A DNA stretch of 64,000 nucleotides, taken from contig OX638156.1 in assembly GCA_951804945.1 (NCBI GenBank), positions 40,672,001 to 40,736,000 of the forward strand, read 5' to 3'. The DNA comes from Podarcis cretensis. Lineage: Eukaryota. Below are positions 40,701 through 50,600 of this stretch, one piece after another. The translations under genes were made by a program, and so were the position numbers. A model generated the notes under the pieces. It searched no databases. It was not told where the DNA came from and saw only the letters and a list, made by a program, of their open reading frames with translations. Each line of letters opens with the position of its first letter. Position 1 is the first letter of the stretch.

Positions 40701-43036
40701 TCAGCAAGGTAGACTCCATGCTGCCTGGCATAGGAGATGCTCCCGGGCACAGCAATGACTCTCACCCCCTGGAATCCATGCCAGTCGATCTCTGGGAGGG
40801 GAGGGGAGGCGTCAAGCTTTACATCAGATTTGGCAAGTCTTGCCCATAGAGGAACACCCACCCACAACCTCCCAAAATAGATATCAAAATTAAAGGAACA
40901 CCTCAAAATGAATCAGGGGAGGAGAAAGAAGGCACTTTTCAGCTATTCCTCAGGACGTAACCTCTTCCGGCTTGCAAAGAACCACCACTCTCTCCCAGCC
41001 AGTCCTTGAGGCCTCCCATACACCTCACCTGTCATGGTTGGGACTGTGAGAAGCATATCTGTGCTGGAAACCCAGACCCCTGGGGGGGAGCCTCTGCACA
41101 CCTGGAAATGGAGGCAAGGAGGAGGAATTTGAGCCTGTAGGAGCAGGAGCAGCACCTCTGAGCCCCTGCAGGGCATGGTGGGGGTTGGCAGGGAGAGGAG
41201 GTGAGTGGAAGGCTTGCCCACAATCTCAGCAGGGCCAGGGCAAAGCCCACCAAGGCACTGAAACAGGACGGCCTGCAAGGATCCGCCCCACTGACCTGGT
41301 GCATCAGGGTTGCAAGGAGGCTGTCCAGGTTGCAGGTGAGTGCCTCAGTGGGGGCCGCAGGCTCCTCCATGGGGAGGCAGGTGAATGCTCGACTGCAGTC
41401 ATCGAATAGGAAGTCCCGGCCCTGGCAAGAAGGAAAGCAGAATAGCAGAGCAGCAGAGGGAGCAGGCCGAAGGCACAGCCTCCAAGTACTTCGGCTGAGG
41501 ATTAGGAGCAGGTCGTCCCACCCAAGAGGAGGGAAGTCTCCTGCTGTGGAAGCTCTTATCCTTGGTGCCTGACTAGAAATAGGCACCGCCCTCTTGCTTT
41601 TCTGAGGATCGCACCCAAGCATGGTCAGTGCAACCCCACCACAGAGCTCACCATGTGCAGAATGAGGATCCAGGCCTTTTGCAAGACATCAGATGTGACC
41701 ACCTGGAAGGAACATCAGACAGGGGTCTCTTAGATTAGGAAATACAGTGGTCTGGAAGCTGAGAGACAAAAGAGGTGCCATGAGCAGGGCAGAGGAGGCA
41801 GAAGGAGGCAGCCTGGGGTCAGGGATCCTAGGAGTCCATTCTAATTACTGCTTTCATAAATGTCTACATCTTCTATTAGTTTGATTTTTAAAAAATTAAA
41901 GAGAAATAAATAAATGTCATAAATGCATAGAGAAGGGGTGTTGGCACTTAGCTGGCCACTGTGAGAACAGGATGCTGGGCTAGGATGGGGCCTCGGCCTG
42001 ATGCAGTGCTGTGATGGTACCAGGGCAGATATCACAACATTGCCCTCCCATACCTGCTCAGTCAATAGGTGCCCTTAGACATGAGGGTGGGGGGATTCGG
42101 CTGGTGGAGGTCAGTTGGCACTTGTTTTCTCCCTTGCTCACCGTGTAGCCTGCTCGAGCGCTCAAGTGCTCAGCTGCCACCAGGAGCGCATTGAGAGTGG
42201 CTCCTCCACTGCCAACCTGGCCCTTGGGGTCTTCAACTGTGAGCAGGATGGGCTGTCGCCCCAAGGAGCTCCGATCCCTGCGGATCTCCAGCTCTGGAAG
42301 CCAAATGAATAGAGACTCAGTTAGTAAACACAGGTCACAGCATAGAGAGGGCGAAGGAAGAAGGATCCCTGCAGCTTGTGAGAAGCCCTGGAGGTAGGAG
42401 TGGAAGGGTCAGTGGCTCCCAGGTTGGTCCCAGCCTTTCCTGCATCCCTCAGTCCTGCCAGCCCTTGTCTGATGCTGGTCCAGCCACGCCTGCAGGTGGG
42501 TTCCCAAATACTAAAAGGTTTCACGGTGACCGAGGACATTGCTTGGGCTTGCTTTTGGTTAGGCAACAGAATATTAAAAGCTCATAATTAGCTGCTAAGC
42601 CTGCCACCTCCCCAAAGACATCAAATCTAGCCTAAAGGGCGAGAATAGCAGTTAAAGGATTGTCTAAGATCAACAAGATGTCGTCAGTGAAAAAATTAAT
42701 ACCATACTGCCAACTCATTTTAAAAAACCCCATAGTGCTCTACAACAAAATCATGAAAGCATAATGAAATTACAAAATCATAAAATAGCTCTGGATTTTC
42801 AACAAAGGGTTGAGTGAGGTGGCCTACAAGCTCCACTCCAACTTCGTTGTTCTGAGTCCCACCCCACCCCCCTCATTTTTAATTCAGCTCCAGCCCTAAC
42901 CTTGCCCTGCAATGTGTTGGCTCGGATCCCTGTGTGTACAGGAAGGCCTCCACTCACCTTTTTGGAAGGCAAAGACACTGTCCTTGTGCTGACATGTCAA
43001 AACGATGACGGTCCAGTCCACCTCTCCTCCAGCCAT
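22785..43036 (-). CDS. FCSK: L-fucose kinase, complete, 23 coding exons, ~1090 aa
   Basis: Exons 43036-42958, 42293-42142, 41702-41652, 41421-41296, 41101-41029, 40791-40694, 40073-39993, 39366-39247, 36515-36341, 35711-35584, 35084-34983, 34229-34059, 33816-33746, 32879-32503, 31912-31702, 30504-30338, 29830-29603, 28959-28816, 27798-27679, 25955-25768, 24759-24660, 23700-23477, 22871-22785. Total 3273 nt, in frame. Motifs: [22 protein letters not shown], and the GHMP kinase motifs [41 protein letters not shown]. Confidence 0.96.
24088..24425 (+). mobile_element. Sauria (POM-type) SINE
   Basis: tRNA-like head with B box GGTTCGAATCC and (ACCTTT)n tail. 14-bp TSD TAAAGTCCATGATG at 24074-24087 and 24426-24439. 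Has an internal deletion of ~30 nt relative to the copy at 33246. Confidence 0.9.
24925..25505 (+). mobile_element. tRNA-derived CORE/MIR-like squamate SINE, split by an L2 insertion
   Basis: A/B box head (TGGTGTCATTGGTTAGA...GGTTCAAATCC). The body resumes after 25467 as GAAAAGGTGGGATATAA plus an A-rich tail. Same family in reverse at 34555-34770 and 44520-44730. Confidence 0.75.
25120..25461 (+). mobile_element. 5'-truncated L2-type LINE
   Basis: Encodes [17 protein letters not shown]...[10 protein letters not shown], then a 3' stem-loop and (TTA)n tail. TSD TTGGAG at 25114-25119 and 25462-25467. Confidence 0.85.
27382..27527 (-). mobile_element. SINE with tRNA-Lys(CTT)-derived head and CR1-type tail
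   Basis: 27527-27455 aligns without gaps to vertebrate tRNA-Lys-CTT (about 59/73, from memory; anticodon 27494-27492). It is followed directly by GATTCCTGCATTGCAGGGGGTTG...GGTCCCTTCCAGCTCTACAATTCTGTGAT, the CR1 tail also seen at 61510-61592. Confidence 0.8.
28207..28611. repeat. Long inverted repeat (hairpin) insertion flanked by 14-bp direct repeats
   Basis: Arms 28218-28382 and 28389-28553 with a 6-nt loop. GAAGTATATAAAAA at 28193-28206 and 28612-28625. Confidence 0.9.
29302..29482 (-). mobile_element. tRNA-derived squamate SINE (Squam2-like)
   Basis: Minus strand begins GGGCTGTAGCTCAGTGGTAGAA...GGTTCAATCCC. Degenerate relatives near 9520-9620, 22300-22470, 47790-47880 and 50720-50830. 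Confidence 0.65.
33246..33597 (-). mobile_element. Sauria SINE
   Basis: (AAAGGT)n tail on the + strand; body matches the copy at 24088-24425 in reverse. Confidence 0.88.
34555..34770 (-). mobile_element. tRNA-derived CORE/MIR-like squamate SINE
   Basis: Reverse-complement similarity to 24925-25119 and its tail. Confidence 0.7.
36872..37345 (+). mobile_element. 5'-truncated L1/Tx1-type 3' end nested in a minus-strand CR1 tail (36757-37440)
   Basis: Reads [24 protein letters not shown] (an FxxxWxPF-type ORF2 end), then a UTR and AATAAAAAA. Host CR1 tail sequence is present on both sides. Confidence 0.55.
39747..39912. mobile_element. 166-bp solo-LTR-like insertion inside a CR1 tail
   Basis: TGTCGGG...CTCAACA ends, with 5-bp TSD GAGAA at 39742-39746 and 39913-39917. 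Removing it restores the CR1 tail GGTGAGAATAGGATGCTG. Confidence 0.7.
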
Positions 43037-44519
43037 GCGTTTAAAACAGGCCTCTCTGCTTTTCGCACTGCTGAGCCTGCAAATAAGGGAGCCACCTGCC
43101 AATCAAGCTCAGCTTAAAAGCCACTGATCTAAGTGACACAATTACACAAGCCCTGCCAAATCACAAGGTTGGACCCCTCCAGTATCTATTAGTGAACATG
43201 GAAAAGGGGGGGTGGCATATGTCAGCCCAACCATGCAGTTTTTGGGTCTACTGAAGAGCCAACATGTTTTTTTGTTGGACTACAACTCCTATCACCACTG
43301 AACACTGGGTCATTTTTGGCTATTGCTGATGGGAGATGGAGTCCAACAACTTCTGGGGGACACCATATGGATGCAGTGGGTGAAGAGAGCAGGGGAGCCA
43401 GTGTTCCAATTGCTGTCTGCTTATGAATCTTGCTGGCTGATGAATGTGGGCTACCTGCTGTCTCACTGGACTACTGCGAGTCCCTGTGCCTGCCTGTAGG
43501 TAAACCTAAGTGGGTATAACTTCCCTAATGCATACATTGTTCTTTCCCACTTCCCTCCTCCTGCCCATGCAATCTCAAATATACATTGGATGCCCCTTTC
43601 GGGACAGGGGTGGGTAGGGCAGTGGCGGCTCTCCTCTGGTGCACTCTATAAACACCAGGAACATCATGGATGATGTTTTATGTAAAAATAAATAATACAA
43701 AGGTTACTGCATATCACCAAAGGGCATTGCATTTATCACTTTCATACTTCACTCAAAAAGAGATTGATTCATGTCCACTTCCTCCTGGATAAAGTTTATT
43801 TATGCTGATAAAGTTTTTCGGTCTCAAAGTTCCCCAGAAGGCAAGGGATCCTTGATAGGTCTGTGGGGAGCTTTGGGTCTCTGGCTTTTGTGGTCACTTC
43901 CCACCATTCTGGCAGCAAAGCAGTTGTGAAGATCCTGCTCTTTCAGCGCTTTTGCGAAGCCCTCCCATCCCAAATGAGTTGGGCATCATTCCTTCTTTCA
44001 CAAGCTGAACAAACTAAGCTGAATATATAAATATAAAACATGCAAAATTAGCATAATTTATACCGGCTGCAAAATTTGTTTTTCTCTAATGCCACTGAAC
44101 ATAGACATAAGTGTTTTAATCAGCAAAGCCCGGCGTAAAAACAGTCCTGGGCATTAACTTGGGCAGGGAAAACAAAACAAATTGCGCCAGGACTACTTGG
44201 CATTGGCATCCTGCCCCCCCCCCGCCCAAGTAGGTGACCCTATTTTGTACCACAGTGAAACAAAGAGTTTGTGGGAACTTGTCACAGCCCCCCTTCAAAT
44301 ATTTGCATTTTTGACAGGCATGCGTGCAGTCAACAACCAGTGCCAACACCAAGGCCTTCCTAATGGGCTCCCTGCCAACATCATCCCTGAAATTTTATCC
44401 TTTCCCAGTTCCATTGTTTAGAGAGGGAAAAAACCCACCCCACAGTCTCACCCCAGAGGGCTCAGCATCTGAAGAATTCTTACTAAGCTTTTACATGTTT
44501 TACTTTTTTGTCATTATTG

Positions 44520-44730
44520 TTACATTTCTATCCCACTACCTTTCCTACAAAGAGCTCATGGAGGTGTAGATGGTTCTCCCCTCACCTCCTCATTTTTATC
44601 CTCACCTCACATCAACCCTGTGAGGTAGGTTAAGCTCAGAGAGAGAGAGAGAGAGAGAGACTGCCATGACTGAACGGAGTTTTGAACCCAGGTCTCCCAA
44701 GCCCTGGGAGGCCAGGACTACACACCACAC
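44520..44730 (-). mobile_element. tRNA-derived CORE/MIR-like squamate SINE with internal (GA)n
   Basis: Same family as 34555-34770. Confidence 0.65.
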
Positions 44731-44749
44731 GACCATTCAGCTGCCCTTG

Positions 44750-45380
44750 AGGCGACGGACATTCCCTCCCTCATAGGAGCCAGGCTTCCCCTCCACCCCT
44801 CGTGGGAAGGACTTTTCGGCCCTTTCACGGGGCTTCCTTCCTGAGGCCCACTTTGCAGGTAGCGAAGCTGCTGCAGCCCGAAAGTGCATGACACGCTTAC
44901 ACGGGAGTAAGTCCCACGGGAGCCAAAACGACTTACTTCCGAGTAGACGTGCAGCAGAGCACGCTGAGGCTGCAAGCCCCTTAATAATATCGGATTAATC
45001 GGCCCCTCCTTAACACGCCACGACAACTTCCTCCTCTTGCACTGGCGCTTTAACTGAGCCCTCTTTCCCCTAGATCCCCACCCCACCCCGAGATTTGCAC
45101 TCTGGGAAATGTAGTCCATTCACTCACAAACAGGAGAAGGTCCATCTGCCCGTAGAACTACACTTCCCAGAAGGCGTTATGCTTCGAGCCGGGAGGGCGG
45201 GCTGCTCTTCCTCCTTTAAAGGCGCAGGCCATCCTTCGCTCACATGGGTGCCTCCAAACCAGCCCCTGCGGCGGCGGAGATAGCGATATTGCAGGGTTTG
45301 AGTCAGCACCAACTTGCAATGCTAATTCCTTGGAAGTTTTATATGTGTGTGCTTGCGTTTGCGCGCACAGTGGTCCTATG
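44750..45380 (-). promoter_or_regulatory. FCSK CpG-rich promoter and probable non-coding exon 1, with two ZNF143/Staf-type motifs
   Basis: Minus GGACTACATTTCCCAGAGTGCA (45117-45096) and plus ACTACACTTCCCAGAAGGC (45157-45175). Candidate donor GTGAGT at 45127-45122. Acceptor of the ATG exon at 43076. Confidence 0.65.
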
Positions 45381-45513
45381 CGCCTTACTTTGAAGAAAAG
45401 TTCCCTGAGTTCAGCAGGCGTTAACTCTCAACTAGATGTTCAGCTAGGAATGAGCCCCTAGGACCTTCATTGGTACCTTTGGGTGGATGCTCCAGACCCT
45501 GAGCTTTCACTTA

Positions 45514-45777
45514 TGTTATGTATTGAAGTTCTCACCCTGGGCCAGCAGGGGGATACTATAGATAGTTTTCACTCAGGTCCACATATGCAAATAAGGAATT
45601 GAAAGTGACGTTCAGTGATTGGATAGTTACAGAAAGTTGCTACTGTTGCTTTGTAGTGGAGCTCTGTATAAGCAGGCTGGCTGAACCATTCAGTCCAGTT
45701 CTGTTCTGGCCTGTGAATAAACAAGAGCTGTCTGAAGAATCGCTGTGTCATCTGATATGTTCACCCACAACTTAACA
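45514..45777 (+). mobile_element. Solo LTR, 264 bp
   Basis: TGTTA...TAACA termini; 5-bp TSD ACTTA at 45509-45513 and 45778-45782; TATAA at 45667 and AATAAA at 45716-45721 in U3-R-U5 order. Confidence 0.85.
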
Positions 45778-45887
45778 ACTTAAATATTAAAAAGTAAGTC
45801 TCGGGACCTCTGAGAAAGAAATTTAGGAGGGTACCTTTCCAAGCAAACTATGAGAGTGCCTTTGTGAAGTGAAATGAGCCAAACGCT

Positions 45888-46616
45888 CACCTTTGGTGGA
45901 CATGCCCAAGGATTAAGACTTTCTGGGAGATGATTTATAATGAAATGAAAAAGGTATTTAAATATACCTTTCAGAAGAAACCAGAGGCCTTTCTCCTGGG
46001 CATGGTCGGCCAATTGGTGTCAAAGAAGGATAGAACTTTCTTTATGTATGCCACAACAGCAGCAAGAATACTTATTGCAAAGTACTGGAAGACACAAGAT
46101 TTACCCACCCAGGAAGAGTGGCAGATGAAGGTGATGGACTATATGGAACTGGTGGAAATGACTGGCAGAATCCAAGACCAAGGAGAAGAGTTGGTGGAAG
46201 AAGATTGGAAGAAATTTAAAGTTTATCTACAGAAACATTGTAAAATTAAGGAATGTTAGAAGGATGTTGGAATGAAGCTATGTGGTTTTAGCAGAAATGT
46301 TATAAAGGATTAAGTAAAAATGGATTGGTAATTAGTGAAAGAGGAGAATGTAAAAATATAGTATATCAAGATAAATTTTTTTTAGGATAATAACAAGGAT
46401 GGAAAGGATTTGCTGAAATATCTAATTGAACTAGAATACAAAAAAGGGAGGTGTGAGGAGGTCAAGGAAATAAGCAAAGGAAAGAAAGTTATGTAAAGGT
46501 TGGATTTGTGGGGTTTTTTTCTTTTTTTGTTTGTTTTTGTGTTTTGTCTGTTTAACTTTTTCTACTTTTCCTTTTGTAACCTTTAAAACTTTAATAAAAT
46601 CTATTAAAAAAATATA
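45888..46616 (+). mobile_element. 5'-truncated L1 (Tx1/L1 clade) retrotransposon
   Basis: ORF2 C-terminus HLWWTCPRIKTFWEMIY...AARILIAKYWK...W (ORF 45930-46259), then a 3' UTR, AATAAA and an A tail. 18-bp TSD TGAAATGAGCCAAACGCT at 45870-45887 and 46617-46634. Confidence 0.88.
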
Positions 46617-47381
46617 TGAAATGAGCCAAACGCTTTTCCCGCCTGTGGCCTGCCACTCTTCTTAGTTAATCAGCAAAGTCAGAGTTATGATTGACGACGA
46701 GCGCGTTGTTCTGACACCAGGGAAAATAATCCCCGGAGTCTTAAAAGCGGTCGTTTCCTCCTCCCATTTAGTGTGCTTTCCCTACATCCTCCTCATTTTC
46801 TAGCCCTTGGAATCTCCACCGTTTCCACTGCCTTTACTCCCAGGCAGCAATACTGTATGCATTTTTCTTCTCAGAAAAGTGGTCCCTAAAAGGCTTCTTC
46901 TGAGATCAGGTAATCTCTAAAGAAAGTCATTTTCTGCAAATACTACGACATAGTATGTGCAGGCGGATGTTAAAGAGAAAGCCCCTCTCTCCCCCGCCCC
47001 CTCTACAAACATGAAAACATCTTAGGCACATTTCCTGGTGTGTTGCAGCTGAACACCAGGCACTCATTAAGAATTTACTGTATTGTTAGCTTGCAGCACC
47101 ATAATATATGTCTATTCAAAAGAAAGTCTATTTGTGTTTAAGAGGGTTTACTCCCAGGTAGGCGAGTATAAGATGACAGCCTAGGTTTTGGTTTAGGTTG
47201 GCGCTAGGGAAAACCGGGGTTTTGTTTTGTTTTGTTTTGTACCTCAAACAGTTGCATGGCAGGCAGAATTTCAACAGGTTAAGACTTTTCTGTTATTAAA
47301 AAGCCTCACTATGATTGTACTTGTTCTAATTTTGTGTTATGCTCTGTTCCCCTCCTGGCAGCCATCCCTGTGCCTTGAGTA

Positions 47382-47744
47382 AAGGTAAAGGTAAAGGTAC
47401 CCCTGCCCATACGGGCCAGTCTTGACAGACTCTGGGGTTGTGCGCCCATCTCACTTAAGAGGCCAGGGGCCAGCGCTGTCCGGAGACACTTCCGGGTCAC
47501 GTGGCCAGCGTGACATCGCTGCTCTGGCGAGCCAGAGCCACACACGGAAACGCCGTTTACCTTCCCGCTGGTAAGCGGTCCCTATTTATCTACTTGCACC
47601 CGGAGGTGCTTTCGAACTGCTAGGTTGGCAGGCGCTGGGACCGAGCAGCGGGAGCGCACCCCGCCGCAGGGATTCGAACCGCCAACCTTTCGATCGGCAA
47701 GTCCTAGGCGCTGAGGCTTTAACCCACAGCGCCACCTGCGTCCC
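47382..47744 (-). mobile_element. Full-length Sauria SINE
   Basis: (AAAGGT)3 tail and B box. Direct repeat TCCCTGTGCCTTGAGTA at 47365-47381 and 47741-47757 (TSD of at least 13 bp). CpGs retained. Confidence 0.92.
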
Positions 47745-48018
47745 TGTGCCTTGAGTAGTACAGCCCAAAAGTCTTCAAGCAGGAGGCTTTCTCAGCCTTG
47801 CCTGAAGTAGTAGAACCAGGAGTTGCACCTGGGACCTTTTACTTGCAAATCAGGTGCTCTGCCACTGAGCTGAAGCCTTTGCTCTTCATGGGTCCCCTTA
47901 GCTTGCTCAGGGGGACAGAGCAGACTGTCTGTGGACCTGTGAGAGTGTGTAGGTTCTGGGCTATGATTCTCAGGTCCCATCTGCACTATACATTTAAAAC
48001 AGCTACTTTAAATGGTCA

Positions 48019-48463
48019 TTGTTGTTGTTTAGTCCTTTAGTCATGTCCGACTCTTCGTGACCCCATGGACCAGAGCACGCCAGGCACTTCTGTCTTCCAC
48101 TGCCTCCCGCAATTTGGTCAAACTCATGTTGGTAGTTTCAAGAACACTGTCCAACCATCTCGTCCTCTCGCCCTTCTCCTTGTGCCCTCCATATTTCCCA
48201 ACATCAGGGTCTTTTCCAGGGAGTCTTCTCTTCTCTCATGAGGTGGCCAAAGTACTGGAGACTCAGCTTCAGGATCTGTCCTTCCAGTGAGCACTCAGGG
48301 CTGATTTCCTTCAGAATGGATAGGTTTGATCTTCTTGCAGTCCATGGGACTCTCAAGAGTCTCCTCCAGCACCATAATTCAAAAGCATCAATTCTTCAGC
48401 GATCAACCTTCTTTATGGTCCAGCTCTCACTTCCATACATCACTACTTGGAAAACCATGGCTT
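48019..48463 (-). mobile_element. BovB (RTE clade) LINE, 3' fragment
   Basis: Minus translation VVMYGSESWTIKK...IDAFELWCWRRLLRVPWTARRSNLSILKEISPECSLEGQILKL..QYFGHLM, with a (CAA)n tail. Confidence 0.92.
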
Positions 48464-49299
48464 CCCACAAAGATTTATGGGAACTGTTGTGTTATAAAGG
48501 TACTGGGAGTTGTTAGGAGAGCTCCCCTCCCCGGAGCTGCAATTTCCAGAGTTCCTTGGGAAGAACAATTGATGTTTGAACCCACTCTGGAAACAGGAAA
48601 TGTAATACAGGAGATGTATTAGTGCACGTGGGGAAACAAGTGTCGGAAGTCTCTTGTGCTAACCATGTGCTGGAGGAGCTGTCCAAAGAGTTGAGAGACA
48701 AATAATGAATGACATCCCTCCTCGCGGCAGCAAGCTTGGCTATTGCTCCATAAGATGGGACAATCTGAACACTGAAAGTGGGCATTTGGGGGCGGGGGAG
48801 TCTGCTGATTGCTCAAGAACTCCCAGATCAACTATGGGTGCTTCCAGGCAACAACCTGCTCATTGATTTGCTTGCACCCCCCCCCACCATTCTTTTTACT
48901 GTATTGCTGTTCGTTTGGGGAAGCACGCAGCTTTGCAACAACTTCACCTGAGTTCGGCAGTACGTGATGAAGGCAGTACGCTTGTAGACTGTCGCTAACT
49001 CAATCAGGCATTGGCAAATTCTGGCCTCACAATTGCTGCAGGTTAGGAGGTTTTGCACATTAAACCAATCCCCCCCCCCTCCAAGATCGAGTTTGGGTTT
49101 TTGAGACTTTTGGGTTAAGGAAAGTGCCCGGAAAATGCTCTTCCTCGCACACAAATCAGTATAGTTCAACAAACAGCCAACCCCCGGGGTGGGGGTGGGA
49201 TGAGTTTTACCAATAGTGGCTCAAAGCTCCCCCACCTTTTAGAGGAGCTGTCCCTTTAGCAAACACAAACACCGAGCTCCCCTCACCCCAGTTTCCTTA

Positions 49300-50600
49300 T
49301 CTCCATCCGCTCTCCTCGGAGGTCGGTTTACGCCGCCTTGCAAGGAAGCTCACAGCCTGGCTTTCTTGGCCACGGGTAGCGCATCGGAGGCGACAAGACC
49401 TGCTGCGCGCCGATGCCCTGAAAGAGCGCGCGCTCCTCCCGGTGCCCTTGCTAGATGCCTCGGGGCAGAGATCTCGGAAAGCGCAGGGCTAGGACTAGCT
49501 ACGCAGCGGCGCCCAGCCGGTCACAGAGGCAACGGCAGCCCCCTCCCTACGCTTTCCCACCGCCGAGACGAAGCTGGCGAGAGGCCGAAGAGGCGGTCTT
49601 TTCTTCCCGCCCGGGGGGCCGAGGCAGCTGGGAGCCCCCCGCCCCTCCGCAGAGTCTCCGCCCCTCCTCCCCTCCCCTCCGACGGCCGGCCTCGCTCCCT
49701 CCTTCCCGCGCGCAGCTCGGCCGGCGGAGCGGCGCTGAGGATGGGGCGGCGGGGCGCCTGCGGAGGCAGCAGCCAGGAGCCCCGCGGCAGGACCACGACG
49801 CTGCCGCTGCTGCTGAGCAGGCCGCTGCCGCCGCCTGGGGAAGCGGGGCTGAGCTGAGCTGGGCCCGGTGTCGCTAGTCCGCCCGCTGCCGCTGAATCCC
49901 CCCAACGCCCACCATGGATGGGGCCCGCGGCAGCCGCCGGCCGCAGAAGCAGGTAAGGGGCAAGACGACGACAACGACGAAGAGGAGGCCTGCGCGGGGC
50001 TGGGCAGCGAGCAGCTCCTTCCGCCGCCTTTGTCTCTCCGGCCCTCTGGGGGAGTGGACCCGGCCCGCAGCGCAGCCCAGTGGGGCGGACCGCCCGCCTG
50101 CCTGCCGCAGCGTCGCGAGGGGCTGCTGAGCTGTGGCAGAGGCCGAGGGAGGGCCCGGCCGGGGGCTGCTGCTGCTCCCTTCTCGCTTCTCCTGCTCCGC
50201 GAGGCAAAGGGGCACTCGCTCGCCGCCGCGCTTTCAGGGGCTTTTCCCACTCGGGAGGGCCGCCTTGGGTTCTGCGCGCCCGGCTGCAGCCCAGCGGAGC
50301 TCTGCCGCAGCTGCCTGTGAGGGGTCCCAGGTGCCGACCTGTTTTTGCCGGGAGGCCGGGCCAAGCCGGGATCTCTATTCTGGCGGGGGGGGGGCCGGGG
50401 ATGATCCTGGGTCCCTCGCCTCTCCAACGCGGAGAGCCGGATGGCTTGTGCCTCCGGGATCCCTCCGGCTCCTGGCTTGAAGAGGGGCTGCCTCCGGCCG
50501 GGCCTCTTGCCGGCTGCCCCCCACCGAGTCTTCCTCAGCCCCGAAATCGGTAAAGTTCGTTCTGTAACCGGCGTGTTACCTTGCCACGGCTGTTCCCTCT
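49300..50600 (+). promoter_or_regulatory. CpG island with probable first exon (donor CAG|GTAAGG at 49952) of a + strand gene; ST3GAL2 by synteny
   Basis: Very high GC/CpG, GC boxes and a strong donor. The vertebrate gene order ST3GAL2-FCSK-COG4-SF3B3 has ST3GAL2 divergent from FCSK. No ST3GAL2 coding exon is visible in the window. Confidence 0.6.

Noticed and set aside
45930-46259. 109-aa ORF as a host gene
   Set aside because: It is the ORF2 end of a 5'-truncated L1 bounded by an 18-bp TSD.
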